Below are positions 28,922-43,522 of a DNA stretch of 64,000 nt, piece after piece (within the stretch, counting starts at the first letter, position 1; every line of letters begins with the position of its first letter). The DNA is from Octopus sinensis (lineage: Eukaryota), in the NCBI RefSeq assembly GCF_006345805.1, contig NC_043010.1:55056001-55120000 (forward strand). Reading direction: 5' to 3'. The notes under the pieces were generated by a model. The model was not told where the DNA came from, searched no databases, and saw only the letters and a program-made list of their open reading frames with translations. The position numbers and the translations under genes were made by a program.

Positions 28922-29779
28922 GTATATACATACATATAAATACTTATATATGTAAAACAAGAGAAAGCAAAAGATGGTGACTATCATATTTATAACTCAC
29001 AGGTCGCGTCTGGCTCAAGCAAAATCTATAATGCTATTAAACTAATTGTTATCCCGCCTTGATTGCAGCATGAATAACAGAAAATAGCAAGGCAGCGAAC
29101 TGGCAGTTTTGATATCACGACGGGCAAAATGGTTAGCCTCATATTGTCCGTCTTTGCGTTCTGCTTTCAAATTCCGCCAAGATAGACTTTGCCTTTCATT
29201 GTTTCGGTGCCGATGATATATGTCCCAGTTGAGCGCTGGGGTCGATGCAACCGATTTAACTCCTCCTCTGAACTAATTGGTTTTCTGCCAAAATTTGAAA
29301 CCAATATTGGGATAACAATTAATGGAGATAATATTAATGTCATTTTTTATGCCTTAGCACAAGATAGCCAACATACATCAGACACTACACTCATGTCATC
29401 ACCTTTCGTTTAAGTATGGTATATTGGATTGAGTGTAAAGTTAGTTTAATCTTTTCATTTTTGTTTCATTTCCGACAGCATGTGCTTGCAAAACATTGTT
29501 ACTGATGTTCTTATGAAAAGGAGATTGGTTGGGATAGAGTAGATAACTTAACGCTAAGGCTGACCTACGTTTAAGTACTCAACCCAAATAGTTTTGCTTC
29601 AGTGCTTTTCCGATAAAGTACTTTGAAGCATTTAATTTGAAGCAATTAACTATGAACAAGATTTTGCAGTGGAATGTTATTAAAACGAATCCCATTTCCC
29701 CAAATCGGTTTCAATAAAATTAAATCATAAAGACAAAAAAATCGACGGTTCTATTGATATTACATCTACATTTAACGCG

Positions 29780-30915
29780 GTGAACTGGCGAACTGGCAGA
29801 AACGTTAGCACGCCGGGAGAAATGCTTTGCGGTATTTCGTCTGCTGTTACGTTCTGAGTTCAAATTCCACCGAGGTCGACTTTGCCTTTCATCCTTCCAG
29901 GGTCGGTTAAATAAGTACCAGTTACGCACTGGGGTCGATGTAATCGGCTTAATCCCTTTGTCTGTCCTTGTTTGTCTTCTCTGTGTTTAGCCCCTTGTGG
30001 GTAGCAAAGAAATAGGTATTTCGTCTGCCGCTACTTTCTGAGTTCAATTACCGCCGTGATCGACTTTGCCTTTCATCCTTTCAGGGTCGATTAAATAAGT
30101 ACCAGTTACGCACTGGGGTCGAAGTAATCGACTTAATCCCTTTGTCTGTCCTTGTTTGTCTTCTCTGTGTTTAGCCCCTTGTGGGTAGCAAAGAAATAGG
30201 TATTTCGTCTGCCGCTACTTTCTGAGTTCAATTACCGCCGTGATCGACTTTGCCTTTCATCCTTCCAGGGTCGGTTAAATAAGTACCAGTTACGCACTGG
30301 GGTCGATGTAATCGGCTTAATCCCTTTGTCTGTCCTTGTTTGTCTTCTCTGTGTTTAGCCCCTTGTGGGTAGCAAAGAAATAGGTATTTCGTCTGCCGCT
30401 ACTTTCTGAGTTCAATTACCGCCGTGATCGACTTTGCCTTTCATCCTTTCAGGGTCGATTAAATAAGTACCAGTTACGCACTGGGGTCGAAGTAATCGGC
30501 TTAATCCCTTTGTCTGTCCTTGTTTGTCTTCTCTGTGTTTAGCCCCTTGTGGGTAGCAAAGAAATAGGTATTTCGTCTGCCGCTACTTTCTGAGTTCAAT
30601 TACCGCCGTGATCGACTTTGCCTTTCATCCTTCCAGGGTCGGTTAAATAAGTACCAGTTACGCACTGGGGTCGATGTAATCGGCTTAATCCCTTTGTCTG
30701 TCCTTGTTTGTCTTCTCTGTGTTTAGCCCCTTGTGGGTAGCAAAGAAATAGGTATTTCGTCTGCCGCTACATTCTGAGTTCAATTACCGCCGTGATCGAC
30801 TTTGCCTTTCATCCTTTCAGGGTCGATTAAATAAGTACCAGTTACGCACTGGGGTCGAAGTAATCGACTTAATCCCTTTGTCTGTCCTTGCTTGTCCCCT
30901 CTATGTTTAGCCCCT
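29780..30915 (+). repeat. SINE family B tandem array: six 184-bp units with 368-bp higher-order period
   Basis: The T of the gaaaTagg junction falls at 30013, 30197, 30381, 30565, 30749; units alternate ttccagggtcggtt/gatgta and tttcagggtcgatt/gaagta. Confidence 0.95.
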
Positions 30916-31413
30916 AAATTCTGTACGACTTACTTTTTTGCTTCCTTGTGCTTTTTTCTGAGTCACCTCTCTCACTTTCTTGGAATTCTCTTTCATTCCA
31001 TTTTTCTTTTTCTCGTTCCCCCTCACTCACATTTCTTGGCATTCTCTTTCTTTATTTTCTCTATTTTACTGTATTATCTCCCTTGTACCTTCCCCTCTTT
31101 CCCTTGCTCTCTCTCTCCCTATCCCTCTCTCTAGTTCCTTCCCTAATTCGTCAATCCTCTGCTCCCTACCTCTTTCCTTTCCTCCTACTTGATCAGTGCT
31201 CTGCCAAGAATTATTTTTCTTTCTTGGCCGGACCGCTGCTCGCACAACACCTTATTTTCCTGTCTCCTGACTCTCATCTATGTTTTGTTGCCGCAAGCCC
31301 TCCACTTCACACGCCGGCTTAACCTGACTTTTCGTTTTAGTCGAAATATTCCTGCTGTTATTCTTGTTGTTTGTATTTTTAATCGTGTAACATTTTCTCC
31401 GCTTTCTCGTTTT

Positions 31414-31514
31414 TTGTAAGCCTAGTACTTATTCTATCGGTCTCACTTTGACCGAACTGGGGACATAAACACACCAGCATCGGTTGTCAAGCCATGGTGG
31501 GGAGACAAACACAG

Positions 31515-31569
<55 letters not shown>

Positions 31570-31718
31570 CGACGGGCTTCTTTCAGTTTCCATCAGACAA
31601 ATCCTCTCACAAGGCTATAGTAGAAGACACTCGTCCAGGGTGCCACGCAGTAGGACTGAACCTGGAACCATGCGGTTGGTTAGCAAGCCACTTACCACAC
31701 AACCCCACTCCTGCGCCC
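31414..31718 (-). mobile_element. SINE family A (3'-truncated)
   Basis: Reverse-complement match. Confidence 0.8.
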
Positions 31719-32426
31719 TCTATTGGTATATATTTTTAAAGTAACATTTCATAGTTAACGAATAACTAATGCCTTTGTCATGCTCACTGAATCGTGTCAT
31801 TTTAACATGTATTCAGTTTCTGACAAACATGTATCCATGTATTTCCTTTAACAAAATTATAATCGGCTTTCTCTTTAGCTAAGAAATATACTTCTCTTTT
31901 AAGTTGACTGTACTACTAAGAATTGCATTCCTAAATCATGTATACGGAAGTATACTCTTACAGTAGCACATGTAATTGCTTCCAAGTCGCTTAAACCACA
32001 GTTCTTTATCATTCGTTTGTCTAAACAGCAACTGGGCTTTGAGTGATTTTACAATTCCTTTTAGTTCTTCAGAAATATCTGACATTGACCTGAAATAGAT
32101 TTACAGATCATTTGGGTATTTGTAGTTCTTTTCCGCCTTTTAGAAATGTAGTTTCTATGGCGTTCTCCAGTTTAAAATTGACGGAGGAGATAATAATGTC
32201 CTATAGCAGTATTCGTTAATCATTAATTATCAGGCTATGTTTCCCCGGATGATTTAACTCGAGAAAATAATGAAAGCCTATATATGCAATGTTATAGCTT
32301 TAAACTTGTATATTACCAACAGATATCATTATTATTCCCTTTGCTTTGATAACCAGTACTGTATATATTTGAAATATATATTTCGCATAATGTAAATTGT
32401 AAAAATATTAGGAAGTTGAGCAGTAT

Positions 32427-32885
32427 AGGCGCAGGAGTGGCTGTGTGGTATGTAGCTTGCTAACCAACCACATGGTTCCGGGTTCAGTCCCACTGCGTGG
32501 CATCTTGGGCAAGTGTCTTCTGCTATAGCCTCGAGCCGACCAAAGCCTTGTGAGTGGATTTGTTAGACGGAAACTGAAAGCAGCCCGTCGTATATATGTA
32601 TATACATATATATATATATAATATATATATGTGTGTGTGTCTGGTGTGTGTGTGTGTGTTGTGTGTGTGTGTGTATGTATATGTTTGTGTGTCTGTGTTT
32701 GTCCCTCTAGCATTGCTTGACAACCGATGCTGATGTGTTTACATCCCCGTCGCCTAGCGGTTCGGCAAAAAGAGACCGATAGAATAAGTACTGGGCTTAC
32801 AAAGAATAATTCCCGGGGTCGAATTGCTCGACTAAAGGCGGTGCTCCAGCATGGCCGCAGTCAAATGACTGAAACATGTAAGAGA
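32427..32885 (+). mobile_element. SINE family A
   Basis: Full-length copy. Confidence 0.85.
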
Positions 32886-32969
32886 GAGAGAGAGAGAGAG
32901 TATATTTTGCCTTCATGCTTTCAAGATCCGGACAATATTTCATTCGGAATTTCGAAACAAATCGGGAAA

Positions 32970-33367
32970 TCTTTATATTTAAAAGTGAAGTTGTGTGCGT
33001 GTCTGTCTCCTACGATTTAGATTCCTAACTACTCCCACATTTTGCGGTGCAGTTTAACCAAAACCGGGTATCTTATAGTCGTGATTCATATCAACCCCTT
33101 CTCAGTATTAGCACGCGTCTACGATGAGTCTACAATTTTTAAAATAATTTACCATCATTGTTTTCCATTTTAACGCATATTTTTTTTAATATAAGGGAAG
33201 TAACTCTCTAAAAATGTCTACGACGAGTCAACGATTTAAAAAAAATTTACCATAATTTTTTTTCGATTTTTAATGCATTTTTTTGCTAATTTTTGGCTAT
33301 AACTCTCTAAAAATGCTTATATAGTTATTTTCCTTACAAACCGAGCAACGCCGGGCGATACTGCTAG
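32970..33367 (+). mobile_element. Non-autonomous Helitron
   Basis: 5' TC, 3' GC-rich hairpin ccgagcaacgccggg then CTAG, inserted between A and T, no TSD; homologous to 52444-52960. Confidence 0.8.
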
Positions 33368-34734
33368 TGATTCATAAAAACGAAAACAAATTGGACAACT
33401 TTTATATTTGAAATTTATTTCACCTTAGTATGCATTATAATTCCAACTCTTCACCCTCAATTCTTTTTCGTTTTCATTGACAGATTTTGAAATTTAGCAG
33501 AATATCAGTGTATAAAGTGTTGCAGCATTAATCAAATTCGCAACTTTGATTACACTGTACAAAATGTCTTGCAATCAATCATTTAGATGAATTACAACTA
33601 AGTGTTACCTGTAAATAATACAGTACACAGAAAAAATATCCGCAATAGCTCTGAGGAAAATAAAATCAAAGATGACGGACTATCCTAAATGACACCACGT
33701 CAAATACGCTTGTTAATAATAATTGCAAATACGGTTTAGTGAGAGCTGACATTATCTTTCAGCCTAGTCTAATATTTCGCTATGTACAGTATATTAGCTT
33801 CTATTTTCTTCAATTAACATAATTTCAACAATAATATTCTTTATATTTGAAATACTACTCATTGGTCAAACCTAGAAGCTTAAAATCTTGTGATCGATCG
33901 GGATACTGCGAAGAGTACGAACTTTCCATTCAGTGGTGTTGTCAGACATACGCATTTAACTACATGAAGACATGCATATGCATATACATGTATACGTACT
34001 TACAATGAAATACATACAAACATACGTAAATATATCTATGTACATATATGGGTGACGTCGTAACGTCAGAGGTATTTATTAAGGTGGGAGAGAATTGACA
34101 TGATTATTTTCTGAAACAGATGTCCATATAGTGAAAATAGATATCAATAATATCACGTAAATGTTTCGTACAAAATCACTTTTAGGCATAATAAATTGAA
34201 GCCTTTGAATTTTTCAATAAAAATGGTTTTCCTGACCAGAATTTATTATGCACTTTTTTGCCGATTGCTGTCCTTCGAGATACACAGTTTCAATATATAT
34301 ATATATAATTTCATTGATTATTCAAGGAACTTACTGAAGTCCCTTAAGGAATGCGCGCATCCAAGTTCAACCCTGAGTTTGTTGTAGGTTAGCCTACGTT
34401 AATAACATCGTTTTGAAATTCTCTCTGGGGATATACCCAATTCACTGGGTTCGAATATGCAATTTTATTTCTGAACTTTAAGAATTTTGTATGGAAAGAG
34501 CTGTAGGTAGGAATTTCTATGTGTTTAAATATAATCATCTGAAAGTATTTTTTATAAATTTCCTTCATTTTCTCATAAAAAAATGTATATATATATATAC
34601 ATACATACACTTATATGAACACACACAGATAAATATCACCAACTGTCTATTTATTTCTCTCTCTCGCTCTGTGTATATACATATACATATACACACACGC
34701 ACACACACGCACACACACACACGCACACACACAC

Positions 34735-34778
<44 letters not shown>

Positions 34779-34850
34779 CCTATATATATATATATCGCAT
34801 TGTGACCACCGATGTGTAACAACATCTGATGGTCTGGTCGGTCACGTGAT

Positions 34851-34895
<45 letters not shown>

Positions 34896-35101
34896 CTAGT
34901 AAACAGATAAAAGATTAAAATATTAAAGATCCGCTCCTCACAGACGATTCTGCCAGGAAGCCATGTCATCCTCTATGCTTGCAACACCTGATCACTTCCA
35001 ACCAATCGAGTAATACACTTTTGAGAAAAAATAAACTATATTATATTTATGTATATTATATATACATATATATGTATGTATATATATACATATATATATA
35101 T

Positions 35102-35177
<76 letters not shown>

Positions 35178-35922
35178 TAATATATATATATACATATATA
35201 TGGATTACAGTGACAGCAGATATCAGTAATCATACTCCAGGGCAACACTGCCTCTATAACACATAAGTATTCCCGATGTATCTGGTTTATGTTAAACAGA
35301 AATTTCAGTAACCTATTCACTGCTATCCTCACAGGGACATCACAATCGAGAATATTGTCAGGCTTATTAAATAAATAGGCGTAGATAATTTTCATTTTAG
35401 TGTACGGAATTCGTCCAGAATACCTTGTGTATTAACGGGTACCAAGGAAGCCCGAAAGCTACAGATGTAATTTATTACACTACTGGTACTGTCTCACACA
35501 CAATCACACAAACACATACATACACACATATAGGTCCAGCATCATAGATATTTATATATAAAGGCGTATATATGCACGCATACATATGTATGTATATATT
35601 TGTACATACCCACATGAATGCCAAACTGTGTATACTGTTACAATTTCAGATCATTGTTCACGCTAACCATGGATCGAACATCTCGTATGTATATATATAT
35701 ATGTTTATCTATCTATCTATCTATCTATATATCTATCTATCTATCTATCTATCTACCTACGTATATATATATATACATACATATAAATATATATTTTCAC
35801 ACACACACTCACACACATATTTATATATATATAGGGAGAGTTTATGAAAAAAACAAAAAACGAATACAGGTGGTGTACAAAACAAACAGATGTATTAGTA
35901 TAACGCTCAGGAATAGAAAAAT

Positions 35923-35960
35923 TCTTTTACGTTTCGAGCCTACGCTCTTCTACACAAAGG
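35923..35960 (-). ncRNA. Degenerate hammerhead-like motif, same family as 63589
   Basis: Minus strand: CCTTT-GTGTAGA-A-GAGC(GTAG)GCTC-GAAA-CG-TA-AAAGA. Confidence 0.5.
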
Positions 35961-36135
35961 GACACAGTAAAAACAAGGAGAGAAAAAAATGTGTGTAGTG
36001 GCTAACGATCTATCATGGCGATGGTTTTGTATAATTGTGTACAGAGGGATATATATTATTCAATACATACACACACATACACACGTACATATATATAACG
36101 AACTAACTGTTACTTTCTCAGATGCAGCACGAATT

Positions 36136-36186
36136 TTTGTCAGTGAACAGGTCGCGGTCTTATTGCGACGAAAATGCTTTGACAAA
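36136..36186 (+). ncRNA. Hammerhead-like motif with G3:C8 core swap
   Basis: TTTGTCA-GTGAACA-G-GTCGC(ggtcttatt)GCGAC-GAAA-ATGC-TT-TGACAAA; 7-bp helix I, 5-bp helix II. Confidence 0.7.
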
Positions 36187-39100
36187 TTAAACTTAAATGT
36201 TGAAGTGAATAGAACGGCTTTTGTGTGTTTCTTAAATGGCTTACAAACACCTTCCACGCTGCAAGTGTTTTTTTTAATGTTTTATTTATATTCTTATAAT
36301 ATGAATGTAGGATTTAGAATCTATAGTATAAATAATATATATATAGTAAAAGGAAATGAAGTATTGAATAGTATTGTCTTATTGAATAGATGAAATATTG
36401 AATATCAAATATTAAGAGACTATCATAATTTCTGCATTTAAGCAGTCTTCAAGGTCCCAGGTGGTGACAGGAATGTTTCAGTATATATATATATATATAT
36501 CGTAGCATATCCTATCTTATATATTACTAAACTACATTGGTAAGTGGAGTTGCAACGGACCAGTGTATTTCAAAGGGCCAGCTTTATCATACTGTGTGTC
36601 GCGCTGAATATACCCGAGAAGTACGTTAAGTGTACACGTCTCTGTGTACACCTTAATTTCACAAGCAAGCTGATTTGTTGATCGGTTTAACTGGAGCCGT
36701 CGTCATCGCAACCGACGGAATGCCACGATATAGATATAGCTGGCGTACATGCCTTTTCAACGAAATCTTATTATTTCTAATGCATGTTTGGTTGAGCAAT
36801 AGGTAGAATGAGACGAAAATATTTTTTTTCCATGCAGTAATCAATTTGAGCATTCATTTGAGCTAGCTATGATCCCTGTTTGTCATAAAGATTTTATTAA
36901 TCCATTAAGTTCTCTGCAGTTTGAATGTATTAAGTTACTAATGAATAAAAGAATGAAATTTAACGACCATATATGAAATATTACTTGCACCAATATACTA
37001 AATAATCAGCAATGATGCTAATATAATAGCACGAGAAATATATTTTACCATTTTCACGGTCCGAGTTGCGAATTATGTGACGGTAGTATGCTGAAAGAAG
37101 TTTATACATTTCACACATATTAGTGATTAAACCTACTTCGATTGTATGTTTGTTACTAAATATTGACCTTTTATGATACCTTCATTAATAACACTTATAT
37201 TCAGCAACATACGTTCATCAGCTGAGAGGAGGAATCTGTTCAATCAATGTTTTTTTCATATTATGAAAAGAAACACGTAATTTGTTAATTGCTTTATCGG
37301 ATTATTATTCATTGCAGAGACAAGGAATGTATCTTAAATATGTTTCATTCATATAATACTTTAACTTGTTCCGTGACAATAATACTCAGAAATTCATATT
37401 ACGCGTTGACACAGAAACATAAGTAGATGCACATACGCACACACAATCACAAATGCATACATACTTATAGAGGCATTTGTGTGTGCGCACCTCTTTACTG
37501 CACTTTTCTATTTGTTGCACTCTAGTATTTATCTTACTCGTATCCATGTATAAATTTATGTGTGTATATATTGCAGAGCATGTATGTGTTTCTCAGTGCC
37601 TATGAATGATTTTATATTCATATATATTTAAATATATATATATATATATATATAATGTGTGGTTGTGTGTGTGTGTGTGTGTGCGTGTATATATAAACAT
37701 ATGTATATATATATATATATTATATATATATGTATATATATGCATATAGTTATTTATATATGTGTGTGGGGGGGGGGGCGAGCGTGTATTCTAAGCATGT
37801 GTATGTTTATGCATGCCTATAATAGATTCATACATGATGTGGAATCTATGAATACACCGAAATTGTGGGCCATATCCTTGTTACGCACGAACGATTAACA
37901 CATTGAAATGTTATCGAATGCCTTGAATTTCAGTGTAATAATATGGAAATATCTTCACGCTCATGTTTGTACAACAATACATAGGCCAAAAGTGTATAAA
38001 GGCCATTGTGAAACGTAATATTCCCCATATGTATGTCTTCACACTGTATCTATCAAGAATCCAAACTGGAGAAGTTTCCTCTCGTGGAAATTATGTTTGA
38101 AATTATTTCAAAAGGTTCACAATATTAGCCCTAGAATAAACGTTAATTAGCAACAATCACCACCAGTTTCAAGAAGCTGCTGAAGGAATTAGTTAGGATT
38201 TTTGTAGAGCAGCTTGATAATTGTATCACAACAAGGAAGCTGTGTTTTCCTTGGCTTTGCAAATTTCGAGCTATTTCCCGTCCACAACATAGCTGTAGTA
38301 TCATTATGCAGTAACAAGATGAAAAAAACGATCGAAGAACCAGAAACGATTACAAAAGCATTACGTCTGACTTCCTAATAATTCTGCCGTTCTACCGTCT
38401 TTACCGACTACAAAAGGATTACGTCTGACGCCAGAACAATTCCGCTGTTCTACCGCCTTGGGATAGTACGTTCTATAACGAAAAAAAAAAGCGGATATAA
38501 GTTGATACTCAAGGGATTCGAAAGCAGATTTGAGTGACATGGAATAATATCACGGGTCACCGAATCGCTGCCCTTCATGTAAGAGAGAACAAAAACGAAA
38601 AAAAAAAAATAAAAACGTGTAGACTGTGCTGTCTACTTATGCTTTAGATAACAAACATGACGTTCACACGCAAATTAACAATGGAATGAGGCGGACAATT
38701 TCAGATATGTACCAGCACAACATGTACACCTGTCCAAGTGGTATAACGGCTGATCTACACTCTTCGAACATATAGTAACATATTACATTAAAAAAACAAT
38801 CAAATATCTCCAACTGAGGGTTCAGTACACACTTATAGGTCTTATCCGAAAATGTCTATGCTTCTTTATCCAAGTTAGCATTCTCTGTCCAATAACTGTT
38901 TAAATGTTCACAATTAGAATTGAGAATTAGTAGAACTCTTCTCCGTACATCGTCTTTTAAAACAATATTACCTGTGAATATATCTAATCCATTTTAATCG
39001 ATGTGAACGCGTTTTCAAAATATAATGTAGTGTTAGTGCGTGGAAGTTCACTACAGCGCAAACGTGTGAGTACACACCATGGATATTTTTTTGTTTCCCT

Positions 39101-39646
39101 CAATGTATTTATATCTTTCATAGGAGATATGACATACATTGTTATCGAGTTGCTCGATTAAAGGCGGTGCTCCAGCATGGCCGCAGTCAAATGACTGAAA
39201 CAAGTAAAAGAGCAAAGAGTAAGTGACGCAAGAACAAAATCACGTTGCCCGGTCCAGGATTCGAAACCACAAGCTTACGATCATGATGCTGACAACCTAA
39301 CCACTAAGCCAAGCGCCTCCACAATTTAATACATATCGGATCCTAAATCATTATAATTCCATTCGTGGTATCACATTTAAACGATATTCCCTTCCCTATA
39401 GTAAGTAGTGTCTTGTATTCAAGGACTCATAAGAACTATTTCCCAATTTTCATGGCTTTTAAGTGACCGAAATGAGAAAATTCCCTCTCGCCATCCCATC
39501 GCAAGTTTCAGTTACAAACATTTTTTTCAATAGCAAAAAGCGTCGACCGTGACGGAAGGCAAAACCGCAACCTTGAGGTTGCATGTGCAACACCTTAAAC
39601 ACTAAATCCCGCGCTATTGCATTCCATATAGAGTCGTGATATATAA

Positions 39647-39883
39647 AGGCGGCGAGCTGGCAGAAACGTTAGCACGCCGGGCGAAATGCTTAGCAGTATT
39701 TCGTCTTGTCTGTATGTTCTGAGTTCAAATTCCGCCGAGGTCGACTTTGCCTTTCATCCTTTCGGGGTCGATTAAATAAGTACCAGTTACGCACTGCGGT
39801 CGATATAATCGACTTAATCCGTTTGTCTGTCCTTGTTTGTCCCCTCTGTGTATAGCCCCCTGTGGATAGTAAAGAAATAGGTA
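39647..39883 (+). mobile_element. tRNA-derived SINE family B monomer
   Basis: ggcggcgagctggcagaa head, B box gagttcaaattcc, conserved gcctttcatcctttcggggtcgat..aagtaccag central block. Confidence 0.85.
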
Positions 39884-39979
39884 TTGAAAGTATCTAGAAA
39901 TAATTATTGCTTATATTCTGTACTATTACAGTTCATTCCGGGCTGAATATATCACATGACGAGATGTATAGCCACACTT

Positions 39980-40345
39980 TTGTACTTTAGGCACAAGCCC
40001 CGAAATTTGAGGGACGGGGCCAATGGAGTAGATTGACCTCTGTACGCAACTGGTACATAATTTATCGACCCCGAAATAATGAAAGGCAAAGTTGACTTCG
40101 GCGGAATTTCAACTCAGAACGTAAAGATAGACGAAATACCTATTTCTTTACTACCCATAAGGGGCTAAACACAGAAAGGACAAAGAAGGAAAGACAAAGA
40201 GATTACGTCGATTACATCGACCCCAGTGCGTAACGGGTACTTAATTTATCGACACCTCGGCGGAATTTGAACTCAGAACATAACAGCAGGAGAAACACGG
40301 CTGCGCATTTCGCCCGGCGTGCTAACGATTCTGCCAGCTCGCCAC
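39980..40345 (-). mobile_element. SINE family B dimer
   Basis: Reverse-complement copy with two bodies. Confidence 0.8.
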
Positions 40346-40614
40346 CATACAGCCATACTTGAATCATACATCATCCCTGTTATTATTACTAAATCCCTGT
40401 CAGGCATTTATGGTCACTCTAACAGTAATGAACAACAGGACGAACCGGATCTTAGGCTTGGGGATCTCTGCAACCTAACGAAGGCTAGTTTTGGTGTCAG
40501 ACACACAACAGAGTATGAAGAGTGAACTAAATATAGTCAACATAGAACAGAGATTCCAAGGGTTATATCATTACAAGCAGCTTCTTTGATGCCACTGGGA
40601 AAGTATTGGGCGGA

Positions 40615-41325
40615 GTGAGGAATAAAATGAGGATGAAGAACAAGAAAAATATATAATGATATTGAGGGTGAAGAGGAAACATTTGAAGACGAAATTAATG
40701 AAGAAGAGGTAGGAGGAGGAAGAGGAAAAGTAGGGACAAATGTAGGAGGACAAAAATGAAAAGAACAAGGAGAAGAAGAGGAGGGGGAAAAGAAATCGAA
40801 GAAGCAGAAGAAGAGGAAAATAATACGAAGAAGGAGAAGGGGAAGAGAAGTAGGGAGAAGGAGAAAAATGAAGAAGAAGCAAAGAATATGATAAAGGGGA
40901 AGAGGAAGAAGAAGGAGGGGAGGGAAAGGGAGAAAAGAAAGGAGAAGAACAAGAAGAAGAAGAAGAGGAAAATGAAGAGGGGAGGAAGAAAGAGAAAAAG
41001 AAGAAGAAGAAGAGGAGGAGGAAGAAGAAGAAGAAAAGAATATGATAAAGGAGAAGAGGAAGAAGTAGGAGGAGGGGAGGAAGAGGAGAAAAGAAAGGAG
41101 AAGAACAAGAAGAGGAAAATGAAGAAGAAGAAGAAGAAGAAGAAGAAGAGGAGGAGGAAGAAGAAGAAGAAAAGAATATGATAAAGGAGAAGAGGAAGAA
41201 GTAGGAGAAGGGGAGGAAGAGGAGAAAAGAAAGGAGAAGTAGAAGAAGAAGAAGAAGAAGAAGAAGAAGAGGAACAACAACAACAACAGCGAAAACAAGA
41301 ACAATAACATGAACAAGAACATGAA
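40615..41325. repeat. Purine-rich degenerate (GAA/GAG)n tract with three ~140-150-bp internal duplications
   Basis: gaatatgataaagg recurs at ~40884, 41038, 41175. Confidence 0.85.
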
Positions 41326-41790
41326 GTGGGAGACAAAACTTGCAAAACAATATGCCTGAGCAGTCTAATATCTCCAAAGTACATTGTTCAGTTATTCTCA
41401 TTCATAAAAAAAAAATAGAAACTATTTAGCGTGTCCTGGAAAATTCAATACAATGAAGACACCTCCACACTGACAATACAGACCATGGCATAATGTCTAC
41501 GTTATTGCTTTTAATGATATTAGAAGAAAATGTGCGTGATAAAGTAACAAAATATTACACACACACACACACACACACACAAACAAAAAATAAAAATAGG
41601 AAAAAGAAGTTTAGAGAATTTATACTACATAAATATTACGTTTCGGTTATTGGAAATAGTAAAATTTAGTGCTTGCAGTCGGATAAGTCTATAAAGTGTG
41701 CAAAAGTGAAATACTGAATTAGAAATCGAAAGATATCGAAAAATACATCATCCGAAATAAAATGTAGAAAAGCAAAAAAAAAAAAAAAAA

Positions 41791-41832
<42 letters not shown>

Positions 41833-42076
41833 CATAATAATAATAAAAAGTGAAAGAAGACAAGATAGTAAAAGATGGGAAATAATCGTGTATTTGTGTA
41901 TAGAGAGTTCATTTGAAAAGAAATGAAATGCAAGATAAATGTGGAGATGATCTATTGAGTATTTAAAATATCGGTAGACGATTTGAAACGTTTATTGGAT
42001 TATTGAATATTCTCGTAGTCTCATACACTTCATTCGCAAGGGAAATCAGTACAATTCTATATCACCGTGTTAGTGT

Positions 42077-42125
<49 letters not shown>

Positions 42126-43079
42126 TGTGTGTGCGTCTTTGCGTATGTGCTTATGTCTGTGTGTGCATGTAACTGCGAGGTAAGTAGTTTGCTGCTCAAT
42201 CAAACGTTTTCTGGTTTCGGATTCAGTCCCGCTATTTGGCATCTACTGTATTTGATTTCAACTGTAGCACCAGGCGGACGAAACCCTTGTAGCTGTATCT
42301 CGTAGACGAAAGCTATATTCATGTGCACATGTGTGTGTGTGTTTTTGTGTGTTTCTCGTTGTCTGCCACTACTGCTTGTCAACTGCCATATATACAAATA
42401 AATATGGTAAGTGCTCATGCAGGGAAAAATCAAAATACACAGTGATGAAACTCTTTATGAGCACAAATCTTATATATAATTGTATCGTGCACACAAAGGG
42501 TAGACCGTAAGTTTACATTGGGCAAACGGCTAATTCATTTCAGTATCATTACCGCAACTATATCACCAGTTTCAAGAGAATCAATAAGATATATTCAACA
42601 TCTTTGCCGGATTTTGTATGGCAACTGAAGGAAGATAAAATTAAATATAACATAACTTGGTCCACATTAACGCACTCAAAACGATACAATATCATTTCCA
42701 GGAGATACCGACTCTGTTCCGAGGAATTCCTGTATAATCTGTGGAGGACGACAGATAATCTCAAGATGCCTACACGATTATAAATGTAAATTTGAACAAT
42801 GCAGTGGGAATAAATTTGAGTAACTGTTAACATAATTTACATTCAAGAATGGATGAATTATGTTTAGCATTAACCTCCCCATACTTATAAACAACAAGCA
42901 GCTATTTCACTATCTTTGTGATCGAGTGTGCAAGCGCTATGCATTTGTACATCTATATCTGTTAACGGTTATTGTTAATACTTTTCTCGCTGTATTGGGT
43001 GTTCCTTCGTGTTTTGCATCTGTGGTTTTATTTTAACGAGTTGTATCTATTTATCACCCGATGAGACACATCTTAACCG

Positions 43080-43522
43080 TCTGATGTTCCTGAACCAGTT
43101 GTTAGTGTCCCACCCGAGAGGGGGCCGATACCTTCTCACATTGTTCTGGACTGACACGACAAATCTCTGTAAGATGCGTCCATGACAGAGAAAGCTTGTC
43201 AAACAATCTGCATCTAATTTGGCAATCGTTTGGCGATACCTGCTTAGAGGCATACGGAAAGTTTTCAAAATGTTTTCATCTTCCTCAACACAATCAAGGA
43301 CTAATCTGCACTTCCTCTAGTAACTCACGGATGATGATTCGATAATTTACCTTCACAGCTGCACGCACACCTGTGATATTTTTCTCAGTGCTGCTGATTG
43401 CGGCTCTCCCACAACGTTCGTTAATATCAAGGTTTTTTTTCAGCCATTTTGGAAACGTCTAAAGGACTGGCACACTTGTGTGCCGCTCATACACAGCTCT
43501 CCATAGGCTTTGTTTAGACCTC
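43080..43522 (-). pseudogene. Decayed mariner (Tc1/mariner) transposase fragment
   Basis: Manual minus-strand translation across frameshifts: LNKAYGELCMSGTQVCQSFRRFQNG / NLDINERCGRAAISSTEKNITGVRAAVKVNYRIIIRELLEEVQIS / LDCVEEDENILKT / NNVRRYRP..W, resembling the mariner HTH region; internally deleted. Confidence 0.7.

Noticed and set aside
29780-30915. Regular repeat array resembling CRISPR or a retrozyme
   Set aside because: No unique spacers, units are SINE bodies, and I found no hammerhead core in the unit.
35420-35470. CCCGAAAGCTA half-hammerhead
   Set aside because: The 5' core is absent, so it cannot be called.
40537-41401. Long ORFs of 141-276 aa
   Set aside because: Low-complexity GAA/CTT tract open in several frames at once.
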